A DNA stretch of 56,965 bases from a bacterium (GCA_037444025.1 JBBINE010000005.1:22590-79554); one strand, 5' to 3'; counted from the stretch's first letter, positions 8,097-17,936 are shown. Notes: generated by a model not told the origin, from the sequence alone. A program made the numbers and translations.

Positions 8097-10681
8097 TTTT
8101 CTAAGTCTCTAAGATTTTTGCCTTCTTTAATAGTGACTTCCAGTGGAACTTTCAAGGGATAAATTTTTTCCATTACTTCTTTTATTATAACTTTAAATTT
8201 TTCGCTAATTTCTTGGTTCACCTCAAAAATTAACTCATCGTGAATCGGTAAAAGCATAAAAGCTTTTCCGTAAAAATTAGTATATATTTGATCGTCAATC
8301 GCGATCATAGCTTTTTTAAACAAATCTGAAGCTAATGATTGAATAGGAAAATTTACCGCTAATCTTTCAGCTGTTGCTTTTTCTCGATAAGATTGATAGT
8401 TTATTTCGGGGAGAAATCTTTTGCGACCAAAAAGATTTTCGCTTAAGCCATAAATTTTTGCTTTGTTTATAGCTTCTTCTTGATACTTTCTAATCGAAGG
8501 ATAAAAGTAAAAGAATTTATTTATTAAATTTTGAGCTTCAGAAACAGAAATTCCTAATTTTTCAGCTATACTTCTAGCTGAACTTCCATAAACAATGCTA
8601 AAATTGATAATTTTAGCTTTTTTTCTGTTTTCTGGAGAATCAGATCCAAAAATCAATTTAGCTGTTTGAGAATGAATATCTATTTTTTGCCAAAAAGAAC
8701 TTATTAAATTCTCATCATTACTAAGATGAGCCAAGATTCTTAGTTCTATTTGGGAATAATCAGCACTAATAAAAATAAATTTATTTTCAGGAATAAAAAC
8801 ACTTCTTAGATGATCGGCTAAATGTGAGAGTAAGGGAATATTTTGAAGGTTAGGTTTCTCCGAAGAAATTCTTCCTGTTACTGTTCCTGTTTGTTCAAAA
8901 ATAGTATGAATTTTTTGGGTTTCTGGTAAATAATTTTTCAGAAAATTTTCTGCATAAGTATTTAAAAATTTGTTAATTTTTCTAAAATTTAAAATTAAGG
9001 GAATAAGCGGATGAGTTTCTTTAATTTTAATTAAATCTTCTTCTCGAGTAGAAATTTCTCCCTTAGAAGTTTTGCTCAGATGTTTTGTGTTTATTTTTAA
9101 TCGTTGAAACAAAACTTCACGTAGTTGTTTTGTTGATAAGGGATTAAAAGAAAAACCAACTGTATTATTTATTTCTTTAAGTATTTTACCTTTTTGAACT
9201 TTGAGAATTTCTTTAAAGCTATTTAATTCCTGGATGTTGACTTTTATGCCTCTTAGTTCCATGCGAGCAAGAACAGGTATTAAGGGTAAATCAATTTCTA
9301 AATAAAGAGATAAAAGATCTTCTTTTTGTAGTTTTTCTAATAAACGAAAACATGTTTCTAAAACAAGATAATTTAAATAAAATTTATTTATCTGTGGATT
9401 CTCCCAAAGGATAATTGATTCTAAGGAAGGATTACCTTTTTGTGGATTTAATAGCCAAAAGATGATTTTAACGTCATAGATACTTTGTGGAATTGAAGAA
9501 GTTATTGCTGATTGTTGTTTATTTTTTAAAATGTTCTTTTCTTTATCAAAATAAAAACTTTTTTTGGCTAATTCTTTAAATGCGCTTTTTAGATTATAAG
9601 TAAAAATAGGTTCAGGAATTTTTAGTATTTCTTCTAAATAAATTAGATCAATTGTTTTATTTTTTTTCTCTTGATCAATTATTTTTATCTTAGTGTTATC
9701 AAGCAAGAAAAAGAAAGGAGGCTTAATTTCTTTGAGAGAATTAATTTCTATTTCTTGAGTAGTAAAGAGATCGTTTTGTTTAGATAGAAAATTGATATTT
9801 TTATTTCCGAAAGATGATAATTTTTCATCTTCATTTTTGAGGCGATTAATTAAACTTTTAAAGTTAAATTCTTGGAAAACCTTTAATAAATGTTCCTTTT
9901 GATATCCTCTATAGGGGCTAAGGATTTGTTCCTCAATTTCAATATCTGTTTTAAGCGTTATTAAATTTTTATTAAAAACCAATTTTTCTTCGTTTTCTAG
10001 TATAGCCTGAGATATTTTTGCTTCAACTTTTCCTGCTTTACAGGCTTTGATTAGTGTTTCTATGTCATGAAAAGTATTTAACAGAGAACTAGCTGTTTTA
10101 GGTCCAATACCTTTAATGCCGATAATATTATCACTTTGGTCTCCAATTAATGATTTGTAGTCAGGTATTTGCTTAGGTAAGATATTAAATTTTTCTTTAA
10201 CTAGCTGACTATCATAAAGAATAGTCTCACTGATACCTTTTTTCATTGTTAAAACTTTTGTTTTTTGATCAACCAGCTGTAGGGTATCTAAATCACCAGT
10301 AAGAATAATTTTTTCTTCTTTTTCCATTTTTTTAACCAAGGTAGCTATAATATCATCAGCCTCAAATCCTGGTTTTTCAATGGTGGGGATATTAAAAGCG
10401 AAAAATATTTTTTTAGAAAGAGAAATTTGAATTTTTAGATCTTCGGATGTGGGTGGACGTGTAGCTTTGTATTCCTTAAAAATTTGATGTCTTAAGGTAG
10501 GGAGAGGTAAATCGTAGGCAGCAAAAATATAATCTGGTTTTTCTGAAGGGATTAACTTTAATAAAATATTTGATAAACCATAAAGAACTTGAACTGGTCT
10601 TTTTTGCTTATCTTCAAGATGGGGTAAAGCATGATAGAGTCTATGAATTAAAGCGTTAGCGTCAATAAGAAGAACTTTCAT
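8093..10681 (-). CDS. polA: DNA polymerase I
   Basis: 5'-nuclease domain (KVLLIDANALIHR, GDLDTLQLV, GIKGIGPKTA) and polymerase motifs (DYSQIELRILAHLS, RKKAKIINFSIVYG, LPIHDELIFEV). Confidence 0.93.
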   Translation of the reverse strand: MKVLLIDANALIHRLYHALPHLEDKQKRPVQVLYGLSNILLKLIPSEKPDYIFAAYDLPLPTLRHQIFKEYKATRPPTSEDLKIQISLSKKIFFAFNIPTIEKPGFEADDIIATLVKKMEKEEKIILTGDLDTLQLVDQKTKVLTMKKGISETILYDSQLVKEKFNILPKQIPDYKSLIGDQSDNIIGIKGIGPKTASSLLNTFHDIETLIKACKAGKVEAKISQAILENEEKLVFNKNLITLKTDIEIEEQILSPYRGYQKEHLLKVFQEFNFKSLINRLKNEDEKLSSFGNKNINFLSKQNDLFTTQEIEINSLKEIKPPFFFLLDNTKIKIIDQEKKNKTIDLIYLEEILKIPEPIFTYNLKSAFKELAKKSFYFDKEKNILKNKQQSAITSSIPQSIYDVKIIFWLLNPQKGNPSLESIILWENPQINKFYLNYLVLETCFRLLEKLQKEDLLSLYLEIDLPLIPVLARMELRGIKVNIQELNSFKEILKVQKGKILKEINNTVGFSFNPLSTKQLREVLFQRLKINTKHLSKTSKGEISTREEDLIKIKETHPLIPLILNFRKINKFLNTYAENFLKNYLPETQKIHTIFEQTGTVTGRISSEKPNLQNIPLLSHLADHLRSVFIPENKFIFISADYSQIELRILAHLSNDENLISSFWQKIDIHSQTAKLIFGSDSPENRKKAKIINFSIVYGSSARSIAEKLGISVSEAQNLINKFFYFYPSIRKYQEEAINKAKIYGLSENLFGRKRFLPEINYQSYREKATAERLAVNFPIQSLASDLFKKAMIAIDDQIYTNFYGKAFMLLPIHDELIFEVNQEISEKFKVIIKEVMEKIYPLKVPLEVTIKEGKNLRDLEK

Positions 10682-10693
10682 AGATTATCAAAT

Positions 10694-11089
10694 TTAGTTA
10701 AGTTTTAACAAATATTTTCGACGATTTTTGTTTTTAGTAAAAATTATCTCGATAAATCTTTTATTTTTAGAAATTAAAAAATCTTTAATTTTTTCTCCCC
10801 ATTCAATAAAAAAATAATTATTTTTTCTTTTTAATTCTTTCTCTAGCCCAACTTTTAAAATATCTTCAATGTTAATACGGTAAAGATCTATATGGTTTAA
10901 ATAATATTTTTTTTGGTTGAAAATAAAATCATATTTTTGCCAAATAACAAAAGTAGGACTTGATATTTCTTCTTTGATTTTTAGTTTTTTAGCAATCTTT
11001 TTAACCATAGTAGTTTTGCCTACACCAAGTCTACCTTCTAGAAGGAAAATTTTATATTCCTTCATAAGTTTAAAAACTTTTTCTACCAT
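10694..11089 (-). CDS. tsaE: tRNA t6A biosynthesis ATPase TsaE
   Basis: 131 aa, P-loop LEGRLGVGKTTMVK, SPTFVIWQKY, HIDLYR. Confidence 0.8.
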   Translation of the reverse strand: MVEKVFKLMKEYKIFLLEGRLGVGKTTMVKKIAKKLKIKEEISSPTFVIWQKYDFIFNQKKYYLNHIDLYRINIEDILKVGLEKELKRKNNYFFIEWGEKIKDFLISKNKRFIEIIFTKNKNRRKYLLKLN

Positions 11090-11111
11090 ACTTAATTTAA
11101 ATTATAAATTT

Positions 11112-11144
11112 AAAACCCCCTTGTAAATGATACAAGGGGGTTTT
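11112..11144 (-). terminator. intrinsic terminator hairpin (A-tract/T-tract on both sides)
   Basis: aaaa CCCCCTTGTA aatga TACAAGGGGG tttt, directly downstream of the acidic mini-ORF. Confidence 0.7.
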
Positions 11145-11170
11145 AGGATGGGCTAATTTAATATACCTTT

Positions 11171-11353
11171 TTACTCCTCTTCTGTCCAATCAGAGTCATC
11201 TTCCTCTTCTATCCAATCAGATTCATCTCCTTCTTCTTCCTCTTCTGTCCAATCAGAGTCTTCTTCTGACCAATTAGAATTTTCTTCTCCTTCCTCTAAG
11301 CCAAGTTCTTCTAATTCTTCTTCTTGTTCAGAAACAATTTTTAAGCTACTCAT
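11171..11353 (-). CDS. hyper-acidic Trp-repeat miniprotein (60 aa), unknown function
   Basis: MSSLKIVSEQEEELEELGLEEGEENSNWSEEDSDWTEEEEEGDESDWIEEEDDSDWTEEE. Four (S/D)(N/D)W(S/T/I)EE repeats are mirrored by nucleotide repeats (tcttctgtccaatcagagtc occurs twice). The ORF is followed by a strong terminator. Confidence 0.55.
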   Translation of the reverse strand: MSSLKIVSEQEEELEELGLEEGEENSNWSEEDSDWTEEEEEGDESDWIEEEDDSDWTEEE

Positions 11354-11386
11354 TTATTTTTTTTGTCTAAATCGCGACCTTTGGTT

Positions 11387-12094
11387 TTATTTTCTTATTC
11401 TATTATTTTCTATTATTATATTAGTAAAAACATCATCAACATCGTCAAGATCTAAAAGATCCTCTAACAAATTATTAGCTTTTTCATTTTTAGCTTTTAC
11501 CGTATTAATAGGCCTAAAATCTATATAAAATTCTTTTAAATTTACCTTATTTGTTTCTAAATTCTTTTTTAACTCATTTAAATTATTTACATTTGTAATT
11601 AACAAAATATCCCCATTTTTCTCTTCTAGATTCTCTATTAAATTTAAAAAGTTTAAAGCATTTTCTTGATCCTTTTTGTCTATCACTACCACACCTTTTT
11701 CTTCGAAATTCCATCTAACTGATCCCGGTGCTGCTAGCTTAGCTTCATATCTGTTGATAATATGCTTTATTTCTCCCAAAACTCTATTTTTGTTATCGGT
11801 TATAACCTTGATAAGAATCTGTATTTCTCCTAAGTAAGCTTCATAAAAAACTTCTTCTAAATTATCTTCTTTTTTGCTTCCTTTCTGGATAGCTTTTTCA
11901 ATATTTTCTTGAGGGACTTTTAACTCCTTTGCTCGTTCGATGGCCGATCTTAGTTTAGGATTATTTTCCGGATTATTATTTTCTCGAGCAGCAATAATAA
12001 TAGCATTGATCAATTTACCGATCATTTGACTTTTTTTGGCATCAAGCTGTGCTTTCTTGTGTTTGATTTGTGACCAATGGGAATGTTTTGACAT
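11387..12094 (-). CDS. YebC/PmpR family DNA-binding regulator
   Basis: MSKHSHWSQIKHKKAQLDAKKSQ, then SAIERAKELKVPQENIEKAI. This is a typical YebC N-terminus, 235 aa. Confidence 0.9.
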   Translation of the reverse strand: MSKHSHWSQIKHKKAQLDAKKSQMIGKLINAIIIAARENNNPENNPKLRSAIERAKELKVPQENIEKAIQKGSKKEDNLEEVFYEAYLGEIQILIKVITDNKNRVLGEIKHIINRYEAKLAAPGSVRWNFEEKGVVVIDKKDQENALNFLNLIENLEEKNGDILLITNVNNLNELKKNLETNKVNLKEFYIDFRPINTVKAKNEKANNLLEDLLDLDDVDDVFTNIIIENNRIRK

Positions 12095-12127
12095 TTTGGT
12101 ATCTTAAATAAGTTTTATAATTTTGTC

Positions 12128-12532
12128 TTCTAGGAAAGATATAAGCCGGATTCTGTATTATCGCTTGAACAATAAAATCAAGCGATATGCCGATCATCTA
12201 TCTTACGCCTAAACTTGCGTTTAGGCTCTAGCGGTACGTCCTAATTACATAGGACACGACCTTGCACCTCGTTGTTAGAGACTAGAAAGACCAAAAGATT
12301 ACTCTTTTGGCCAGAGAGATAACAGAGGAAAGATTTCCTCTATTTTCTTTCTCTTTTCACCTTTCTCTTATCCAATTAAGTCAATTGGATAAGATAGTAT
12401 TGTCTCTGTTTCTAGTCTCAGGAGATTTACTCTCCTCCTTCCTTTCGAAGGTTAACTTAGGCAAAATAAATGCCACAGAGGTGTCCGGACTTTCCTCTTC
12501 AAAAATTGAAGCGATCGGTTATCTTTCCTAGA
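12128..12532 (-). ncRNA. rnpB: RNase P RNA (bacterial type)
   Basis: The minus strand contains GAGGAAAGTCCGGAC (CR-I) and ACAGAATCCGGCTTAT (CR-V). P1 is formed by 5' TCTAGGAAAGATA and 3' TATCTTTCCTAGA. The region is about 405 nt and otherwise non-coding. Confidence 0.85.
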
Positions 12533-12574
12533 AAAGACTTTAGAAAACTCATATTTATAATAAAGTATACCATT

Positions 12575-13387
12575 TTAGTCATAAATAATCAAGTCACCCT
12601 TTTGGTCTGTTTTCCAGAAATTTATTTTTTCTCTATAAAGAAAATCTATTACTTCTTGATGAGGATGATTATAAAAATTTTTACCTACTTGGATTATAGC
12701 TAATCCAGGCCTAACCCAGTAATAAAAAGCTTTATTTAAAGAAAAACGTGATCCATGATGAGGAACGAGCAAAAAATCGCTTTTAAGATTTTGGAAATAT
12801 TTTAGCTTATTTTTTAAATGAAAAGAAATCAAGCTTTCGATGGCTTCCTTTTCTATATCACCTGTAAGTAAATATGTTTTTCTTCCTATAACTTTTAAAA
12901 CTAAAGAATTGTTGTTATCTTTAGAATATTTCTTTTCTGGATGGAGAACAAAAAATCTAAACTTATTGGTTGAAATTTTATCACCTCGTTTTAAAACTAA
13001 TAAAGGAATTTTTTTCTTTTTGATTGTTTCTATCGTCTGGTTAAAGTTTTCATCTTTGAAATCAAGGCTACTTAGAATAATCATTCTGACTTTATACCTT
13101 TTAATAATTTCTGGTAGTGAGCCATAGTGATCCTTATCGGCATGAGAAAGAAAAAGAAGATCAATCTTTTTTTGATAAAATGGTATTGTTTTATCTAAAT
13201 TCTTTAAAAGCAGAAAATTGTTTTTACCAGTATCATAGAGAAAAGCATTCTTTTTGTCTTTAATTAAAACAGCATTTCCTTGACCAATATTTAAAAAATG
13301 AACTAGCTCTCTGGAGGTTAAAAAAGTAAAAATTATTTGATAAATTAAAATATTAACTAAAACTAAGATGAAAATCAGGTAATTCAT
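12575..13387 (-). CDS. comEC: ComEC C-terminal metallo-beta-lactamase domain protein (separate ORF)
   Basis: FLNIGQGNAVLI, LFLSHADKDHYGS, LTGDIEKE, VPHHGS: the MBL-fold motifs of ComEC/Rec2. Confidence 0.8.
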   Translation of the reverse strand: MNYLIFILVLVNILIYQIIFTFLTSRELVHFLNIGQGNAVLIKDKKNAFLYDTGKNNFLLLKNLDKTIPFYQKKIDLLFLSHADKDHYGSLPEIIKRYKVRMIILSSLDFKDENFNQTIETIKKKKIPLLVLKRGDKISTNKFRFFVLHPEKKYSKDNNNSLVLKVIGRKTYLLTGDIEKEAIESLISFHLKNKLKYFQNLKSDFLLVPHHGSRFSLNKAFYYWVRPGLAIIQVGKNFYNHPHQEVIDFLYREKINFWKTDQKGDLIIYD

Positions 13388-14537
13388 TTTTATACTTAAG
13401 ATACAGTTGATAAAAGATAAAAAAATATATAGTCAAGATTATTGATAAAGGAATTTTAAAATAAATTATTCCCCAGCGGGAAAATATATCTGCTGTCCAA
13501 ATTATAAACTTTAATAGAGGAAAAGATAACCAACTAAACCATTTTCCTAAAGGAAAAAAGAGAAACAAATACCCCAGAGGTAGTAAAATTAACAAGACGG
13601 GGAAAATTAATAAATTAGCTAAGAAAGATAAAATATTGAAATTGCCAAAATAATATACTACTAAAGGTAATACCAAGATTTGTGCTCCAATTATCTCACT
13701 TAAGGCCTTGATCAAGAACCTTTTAAATTCGAACACAAAGTTTGTCTCTTGACTGTATTTTTCAAATTTCAGGCTCCTTTCAACAATAGGCGAAAGATAT
13801 AAAATTCCCGTCATAGCTAAAAAAGAAAGTTGAACGCCTATATCTTTTAATAATTTGGGTGATATCACAACGAAGATTAATAAAGTTAATATAAGAATAT
13901 TTCTTTTAATAACTATTCTTCCCCATCGGTTTTTAGCTAAAATGAGAAAAAAAGCCATAATTCCTGCTCTTAAAACACTACCTTGAAAATCCATTACTAA
14001 CAAAAATATAAAAATAAATAAATTGATAGTTATAAAGAGTAATAAAGGATTAAAAAAACCAACAATTTTTAAAGTTTCAAAAACTAAAGAAAGTATTATG
14101 GTTAGATTGTGGCCCGATATAGCTGTGATATGAGAAAGTCCACTTAGTGTTAGTTTATTTTTTAATTCTTGGTCTTCGAACTTACCTCCCAAAATTATTC
14201 CCTTAAGTAAATTACCTTCTTGAAAAGTTAGATGTTCTTTTATTTTTGATTCAACAAAGAGTCGATACTTTAGGAAAAGATTTTTATCTAAAGAGACGAA
14301 AGAAAAATCAGTTTTTGTTCTTAAGGAAGAGTACCAAAAACCACTCCAGGACAAAAAAAATATTAGAATACATATTTTTATGATCTTTTTTAGAGGAGAA
14401 AAGTTTTTAAACCAAAAAAATAAAGCAATGGGAAAGAAGAATGATAACAAAATAAATAAAATTAACGAATTTTCTTCTAACCATGAACCTAAAACAAAAG
14501 AAAGAGCTAAAATAAAAAATAAATCAGGTATCTTCAT
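13353..14537 (-). CDS. comEC: ComEC/Rec2 competence channel domain protein (separate ORF)
   Basis: 394-aa polytopic protein with GLSHITAISGHNLTI and RAGIMAF motifs. It overlaps the MBL ORF by 35 nt in a different frame. Confidence 0.8.
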   Translation of the reverse strand: MKIPDLFFILALSFVLGSWLEENSLILFILLSFFFPIALFFWFKNFSPLKKIIKICILIFFLSWSGFWYSSLRTKTDFSFVSLDKNLFLKYRLFVESKIKEHLTFQEGNLLKGIILGGKFEDQELKNKLTLSGLSHITAISGHNLTIILSLVFETLKIVGFFNPLLLFITINLFIFIFLLVMDFQGSVLRAGIMAFFLILAKNRWGRIVIKRNILILTLLIFVVISPKLLKDIGVQLSFLAMTGILYLSPIVERSLKFEKYSQETNFVFEFKRFLIKALSEIIGAQILVLPLVVYYFGNFNILSFLANLLIFPVLLILLPLGYLFLFFPLGKWFSWLSFPLLKFIIWTADIFSRWGIIYFKIPLSIILTIYFFIFYQLYLKYKNELPDFHLSFS

Positions 14538-14553
14538 TGAGTTTTGCTAATTT

Positions 14554-14638
14554 TGCGCGGGGGGAGACTCGAACTCCCACGGGCTTTAGGCCCACAGCCC
14601 CCTCAAGGCTGCGTGTCTACCAATTCCACCACCCGCGC
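14554..14638 (-). tRNA. tRNA-Leu (anticodon GAG)
   Basis: The reverse complement GCGCGGGTGGTGGAATTGGTAGACACGCAGCCTTGAGGGGGCTG...GGGAGTTCGAGTCTCCCCCCGCGC folds as a cloverleaf. It has anticodon loop TTGAGGG and a long variable arm. No CCA is encoded. Confidence 0.9.
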
Positions 14639-14737
14639 TTAAAATAAAAAGAAGCATAAAAACACTTGTTTTTAGAATACAATACCTTGTTCGATGTTAT
14701 GTTTTTATTATATGATAAAATGATAAAATAATAATCA

Positions 14738-16831
14738 ATGTTAAACCGAAAACAAATTCAGCAAAAGAGTAGATACAATCCTTTAGAATTTGAGCATAAG
14801 ATTTTTAAATTTTGGGAATCATATTTTAGCCGAAAACGTGGACAAAAGAATTTTACTATTTTGATTGCTCCTCCTAATATTACGGGTACTTTACACTTGG
14901 GGCATGCTTTACAAAATATTGTTTTAGATACAATTTCTCGCTATCAAAGGATGAAAGGCTACAGAGTAACTTGGTTTCCTGGAATTGATCACGCTGGCAT
15001 CGCTACTCAGAATGTAGTTGAAAAACAACTTAAGAAAGAAGGATTAACCCGTTTTGACCTAGGAAGAGAAAAATTTATTAAAAGAGTTTGGCAGTGGAAA
15101 GAGCAATATGGAAATGTAATCTTAGAACAGTTCAAAAAATTGGGACTTAGCTTAGATTGGTCAAAGGTTAAATTTACTATGGATAAAAAATATGTTGATG
15201 CAGTCGAGAAAGCTTTTATTCGTTATTATCAAGCAGGTTATATCTATAGAGATCTAAGACCGGTAAATTTTTGTCCTCGTTGTCAGACTTCTATTTCAGA
15301 TTTGGAGGTGGACTACCAAGAAAAAGAAGCCGATCTTTATTTTATTAAATATCCGCTTAAAGAAAATGGTTATGTTGAAATAGCTACCACTAGGCCAGAA
15401 ACTATGTTAGGCGATGTTGCTTTGGCGCTTAATCCTAAAGATGAAAATAATTTTAATTTTGTTGGCAAAATAGCTATTTTACCTTTAGTTGGTAGAGAAT
15501 TACCTATTATTTTAGATCAAAGAGTTGATCCCAAATTTGGTACAGGGATTTTAAAAATTACTCCAGCACATTCCTTGATTGATTACGAAGTAGGAGTTAG
15601 ACATCAATTACCGTTGTTTTCGGTTATCAATGAAAAAGCTGAGATAGTAAACGGAGGTAAATTTTCAGGGGTTCATTATTTAGAAGCAAGAAAAATGATT
15701 GTTGAAGAGCTTAGAAAAAACGGCTTATTGACTAAAGTACAAAAAATTAACCATTATTTGCCTCTTTGCGATCGATGTGGTACTGAATTGCAGGTTGTTC
15801 CTTCAAAAGAATGGTTTTTAAAAATGGACCATCTTGCCAAAATAACAATAGCTTCTCTGCGAAAGAAAGAAGTAGAATTTTACCCCTTGAGATTCAAAAA
15901 AATTTGTTTTGATTGGTTAAAGAATATAAGAGATTGGTGTATTTCTCGAAAAATTTGGTGGGGACAACAGTTGCCCGTGTGGTATTGCTCAAATTGTGGG
16001 GATGATGTTTTTATCGTTTCTCAAACTAAACCAAAAGTTAAATGTAAGTCTTGTCATAAAAATAATTGGCAAAGAACCATAGAGGTTTTTGATACCTGGT
16101 TTTCTTCTGCTCTTTGGCCTTTTGCTATTCTTTATACCAAAGAAGAAAATAAATTTTATCCCGCCGATTTGGTGGCTACGGGAAGGGAAATTTTAAACCT
16201 CTGGATTAGTAGAATGATTTTCAGTGGAAAATATTTTAAAAAAGAAGTGCCATTTAGAAAAGTTTTTGTTCATCCTACGGTATTGACTAAAGAAGGAAAG
16301 AGAATGTCTAAAAGCTTAGGAACAGGTATTGATCCTTTGGATTTGATCAAAAAATACGGTACTGATAGTCTAAGATTTGGAATTTTGTGGCAATTAAGTA
16401 GTCATCAAGATTTACGCTTTGATGAAACACCTTTAATTCAGGGTCAAAAATTTTTAAATAAAATTTGGAATGCTTATCGTTTTTATTTTTTGATTAAAGA
16501 AAGACAAACAAGTAGCAAAAAAAACAAAATTCTTTCTTCGAACGATAAAAAAATTTTAAGTTCTCTTAAAAGGACTAAAGAGACCATAGAAAAAAATATA
16601 GAAAAGTTTGAATTAGGTTTAGCTTTAAAAAAAGTTTATAAATTTTTCTGGAATGATGTTTGTGATAAATATATTGAAAGTTGGAAAAAAGACAAGAATA
16701 GTTTAGTAGTTTTTGATCAGATAATGATTGAATCTTTAAGAATGCTCCATCCTTTTATTCCTTTCTTAACACAACTTATCTATTTTTCTTTTGGTCAGAA
16801 AAAACCTCTGTTTTTTGAGCAGTGGAAATAA
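14738..16831 (+). CDS. valS: valine--tRNA ligase (short form, no C-terminal coiled coil)
   Basis: PPNITGTLHLGHAL, RPETMLGDVALALNP, DWCISRKIWWGQQLPVWYC, KRMSKSLG. 697 aa. Confidence 0.9.
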   Translation: MLNRKQIQQKSRYNPLEFEHKIFKFWESYFSRKRGQKNFTILIAPPNITGTLHLGHALQNIVLDTISRYQRMKGYRVTWFPGIDHAGIATQNVVEKQLKKEGLTRFDLGREKFIKRVWQWKEQYGNVILEQFKKLGLSLDWSKVKFTMDKKYVDAVEKAFIRYYQAGYIYRDLRPVNFCPRCQTSISDLEVDYQEKEADLYFIKYPLKENGYVEIATTRPETMLGDVALALNPKDENNFNFVGKIAILPLVGRELPIILDQRVDPKFGTGILKITPAHSLIDYEVGVRHQLPLFSVINEKAEIVNGGKFSGVHYLEARKMIVEELRKNGLLTKVQKINHYLPLCDRCGTELQVVPSKEWFLKMDHLAKITIASLRKKEVEFYPLRFKKICFDWLKNIRDWCISRKIWWGQQLPVWYCSNCGDDVFIVSQTKPKVKCKSCHKNNWQRTIEVFDTWFSSALWPFAILYTKEENKFYPADLVATGREILNLWISRMIFSGKYFKKEVPFRKVFVHPTVLTKEGKRMSKSLGTGIDPLDLIKKYGTDSLRFGILWQLSSHQDLRFDETPLIQGQKFLNKIWNAYRFYFLIKERQTSSKKNKILSSNDKKILSSLKRTKETIEKNIEKFELGLALKKVYKFFWNDVCDKYIESWKKDKNSLVVFDQIMIESLRMLHPFIPFLTQLIYFSFGQKKPLFFEQWK

Positions 16832-17556
16832 TTTTTCTTCTTTCAATTTTTCTTTCTTTTGTCCTTCCTCTTTTTGTTGGAATTTACTTTTATAAACAAG
16901 ACCCTCATCGTGAGCCATTTATTTACCTTTTAGCTTCATTTTTTTTAGGAATTATAGCTGCCTTTTTAAGTTATCAAGCTGAGTTTTTTTTGGAAAAAAT
17001 AAATTTTTTTAAAGAAAATTACATTTCTTATTCTTTGGCTAGTGCTTTTTTAGAAGAATTTTTTAAATTTTATACAATTTATAGTTTGATTTTTCCTCAA
17101 GCAGTTTTTGATGAGCCAATGGACGCTATAGTCTATATGTCTTTTTCTGCTTTTGGTTTTGCTTCTATAGAAAATGTTGCTTTTATTACAAAAGAACAAG
17201 AAAAGAATACTCTACAAATTGGTCCTGAACTAAAAGAAAACAATTTTTATTTACTTTTTTTGGTGTTTTTTAGATTTTTAAGCGCTAATTTTTTGCATTT
17301 TTTAGCTTCAGCTCTTATTGCTTTAGGTTATGCTTATTTCATGAAAACAAGAAATATTTTTTCTTTTGTGATTTCTTTTCTGGTTGCTTGTATTTTACAT
17401 TTTCTTTATAACTTTTCTTTAATTGTTTTGTATTCCTATCAAAAATTAGATATAATTAATCTGAAATCGCTTTTATTGTTTATTTTTTCCGGTGTTTGGT
17501 TTTTATTTTTCGTCGTTCTTTTAAGAATAAATTATCTTAAAAAAGAAAATGGATGA
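16822..17556 (+). CDS. prsW: PrsW-family intramembrane metalloprotease
   Basis: Polytopic protein with FLEEFFKF (ExxK), FGFASIEN and HFLYNF (HxxxN) motifs. Confidence 0.8.
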   Translation: MEIIFLLSIFLSFVLPLFVGIYFYKQDPHREPFIYLLASFFLGIIAAFLSYQAEFFLEKINFFKENYISYSLASAFLEEFFKFYTIYSLIFPQAVFDEPMDAIVYMSFSAFGFASIENVAFITKEQEKNTLQIGPELKENNFYLLFLVFFRFLSANFLHFLASALIALGYAYFMKTRNIFSFVISFLVACILHFLYNFSLIVLYSYQKLDIINLKSLLLFIFSGVWFLFFVVLLRINYLKKENG

Positions 17557-17920
17557 AAACCTTGAAGAACAAAAAGGCTTACCTCAAGAAGGTCAATTAA
17601 GTATCGATGTTTATTATAAGGATGATGAACTGGTAATTATTTCTCCTATAGCTGGAGCTTCTATGGAGAATATCGAAGTTATTTTGAAAGGAGATATTTT
17701 AATAATTAGAGGAGAAAGAGTTTTACCAGAGAAGGTTGAAGAAAAAGATTACAAGTACAAGGAATGCTTTTGGGGACCATTTTCTAGAACGATAGCTTTA
17801 CCTAAGAATCTTGATACTACTCAAATAAAGGCTTTTTATAATAATGGTATTTTGATGATTAAGATACCCAAGAAAGAAAGTGAATCAACCAGGAGGATTG
17901 AAATTATGGGAGAATTTTAA
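17549..17920 (+). CDS. Hsp20/alpha-crystallin small heat-shock protein
   Basis: 123 aa. The alpha-crystallin core runs from DVYYKDDELVIISPIAG through FSRTIALP to AFYNNGILMIKIPK. Confidence 0.85.
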   Translation: MDENLEEQKGLPQEGQLSIDVYYKDDELVIISPIAGASMENIEVILKGDILIIRGERVLPEKVEEKDYKYKECFWGPFSRTIALPKNLDTTQIKAFYNNGILMIKIPKKESESTRRIEIMGEF

Positions 17921-17936
17921 AGTGGTTCATTTAAAA

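Noticed and set aside
12307-12703. Plus-strand ORFs 12307..12531 and 12470..12703.
   Set aside because: They overlap the minus-strand RNase P RNA and the 3' end of comEC. They show low-complexity translation and no motifs.
14639-14737. T-box or other riboswitch leaders upstream of valS, gltX, trpS and cysS, and a cobalamin riboswitch upstream of nrdJ (52619..52659).
   Set aside because: The intergenic spaces are 100 nt or less, or the genes overlap their upstream neighbours. That is too short for these elements, and no specifier/T-box or B12-box sequence was seen.
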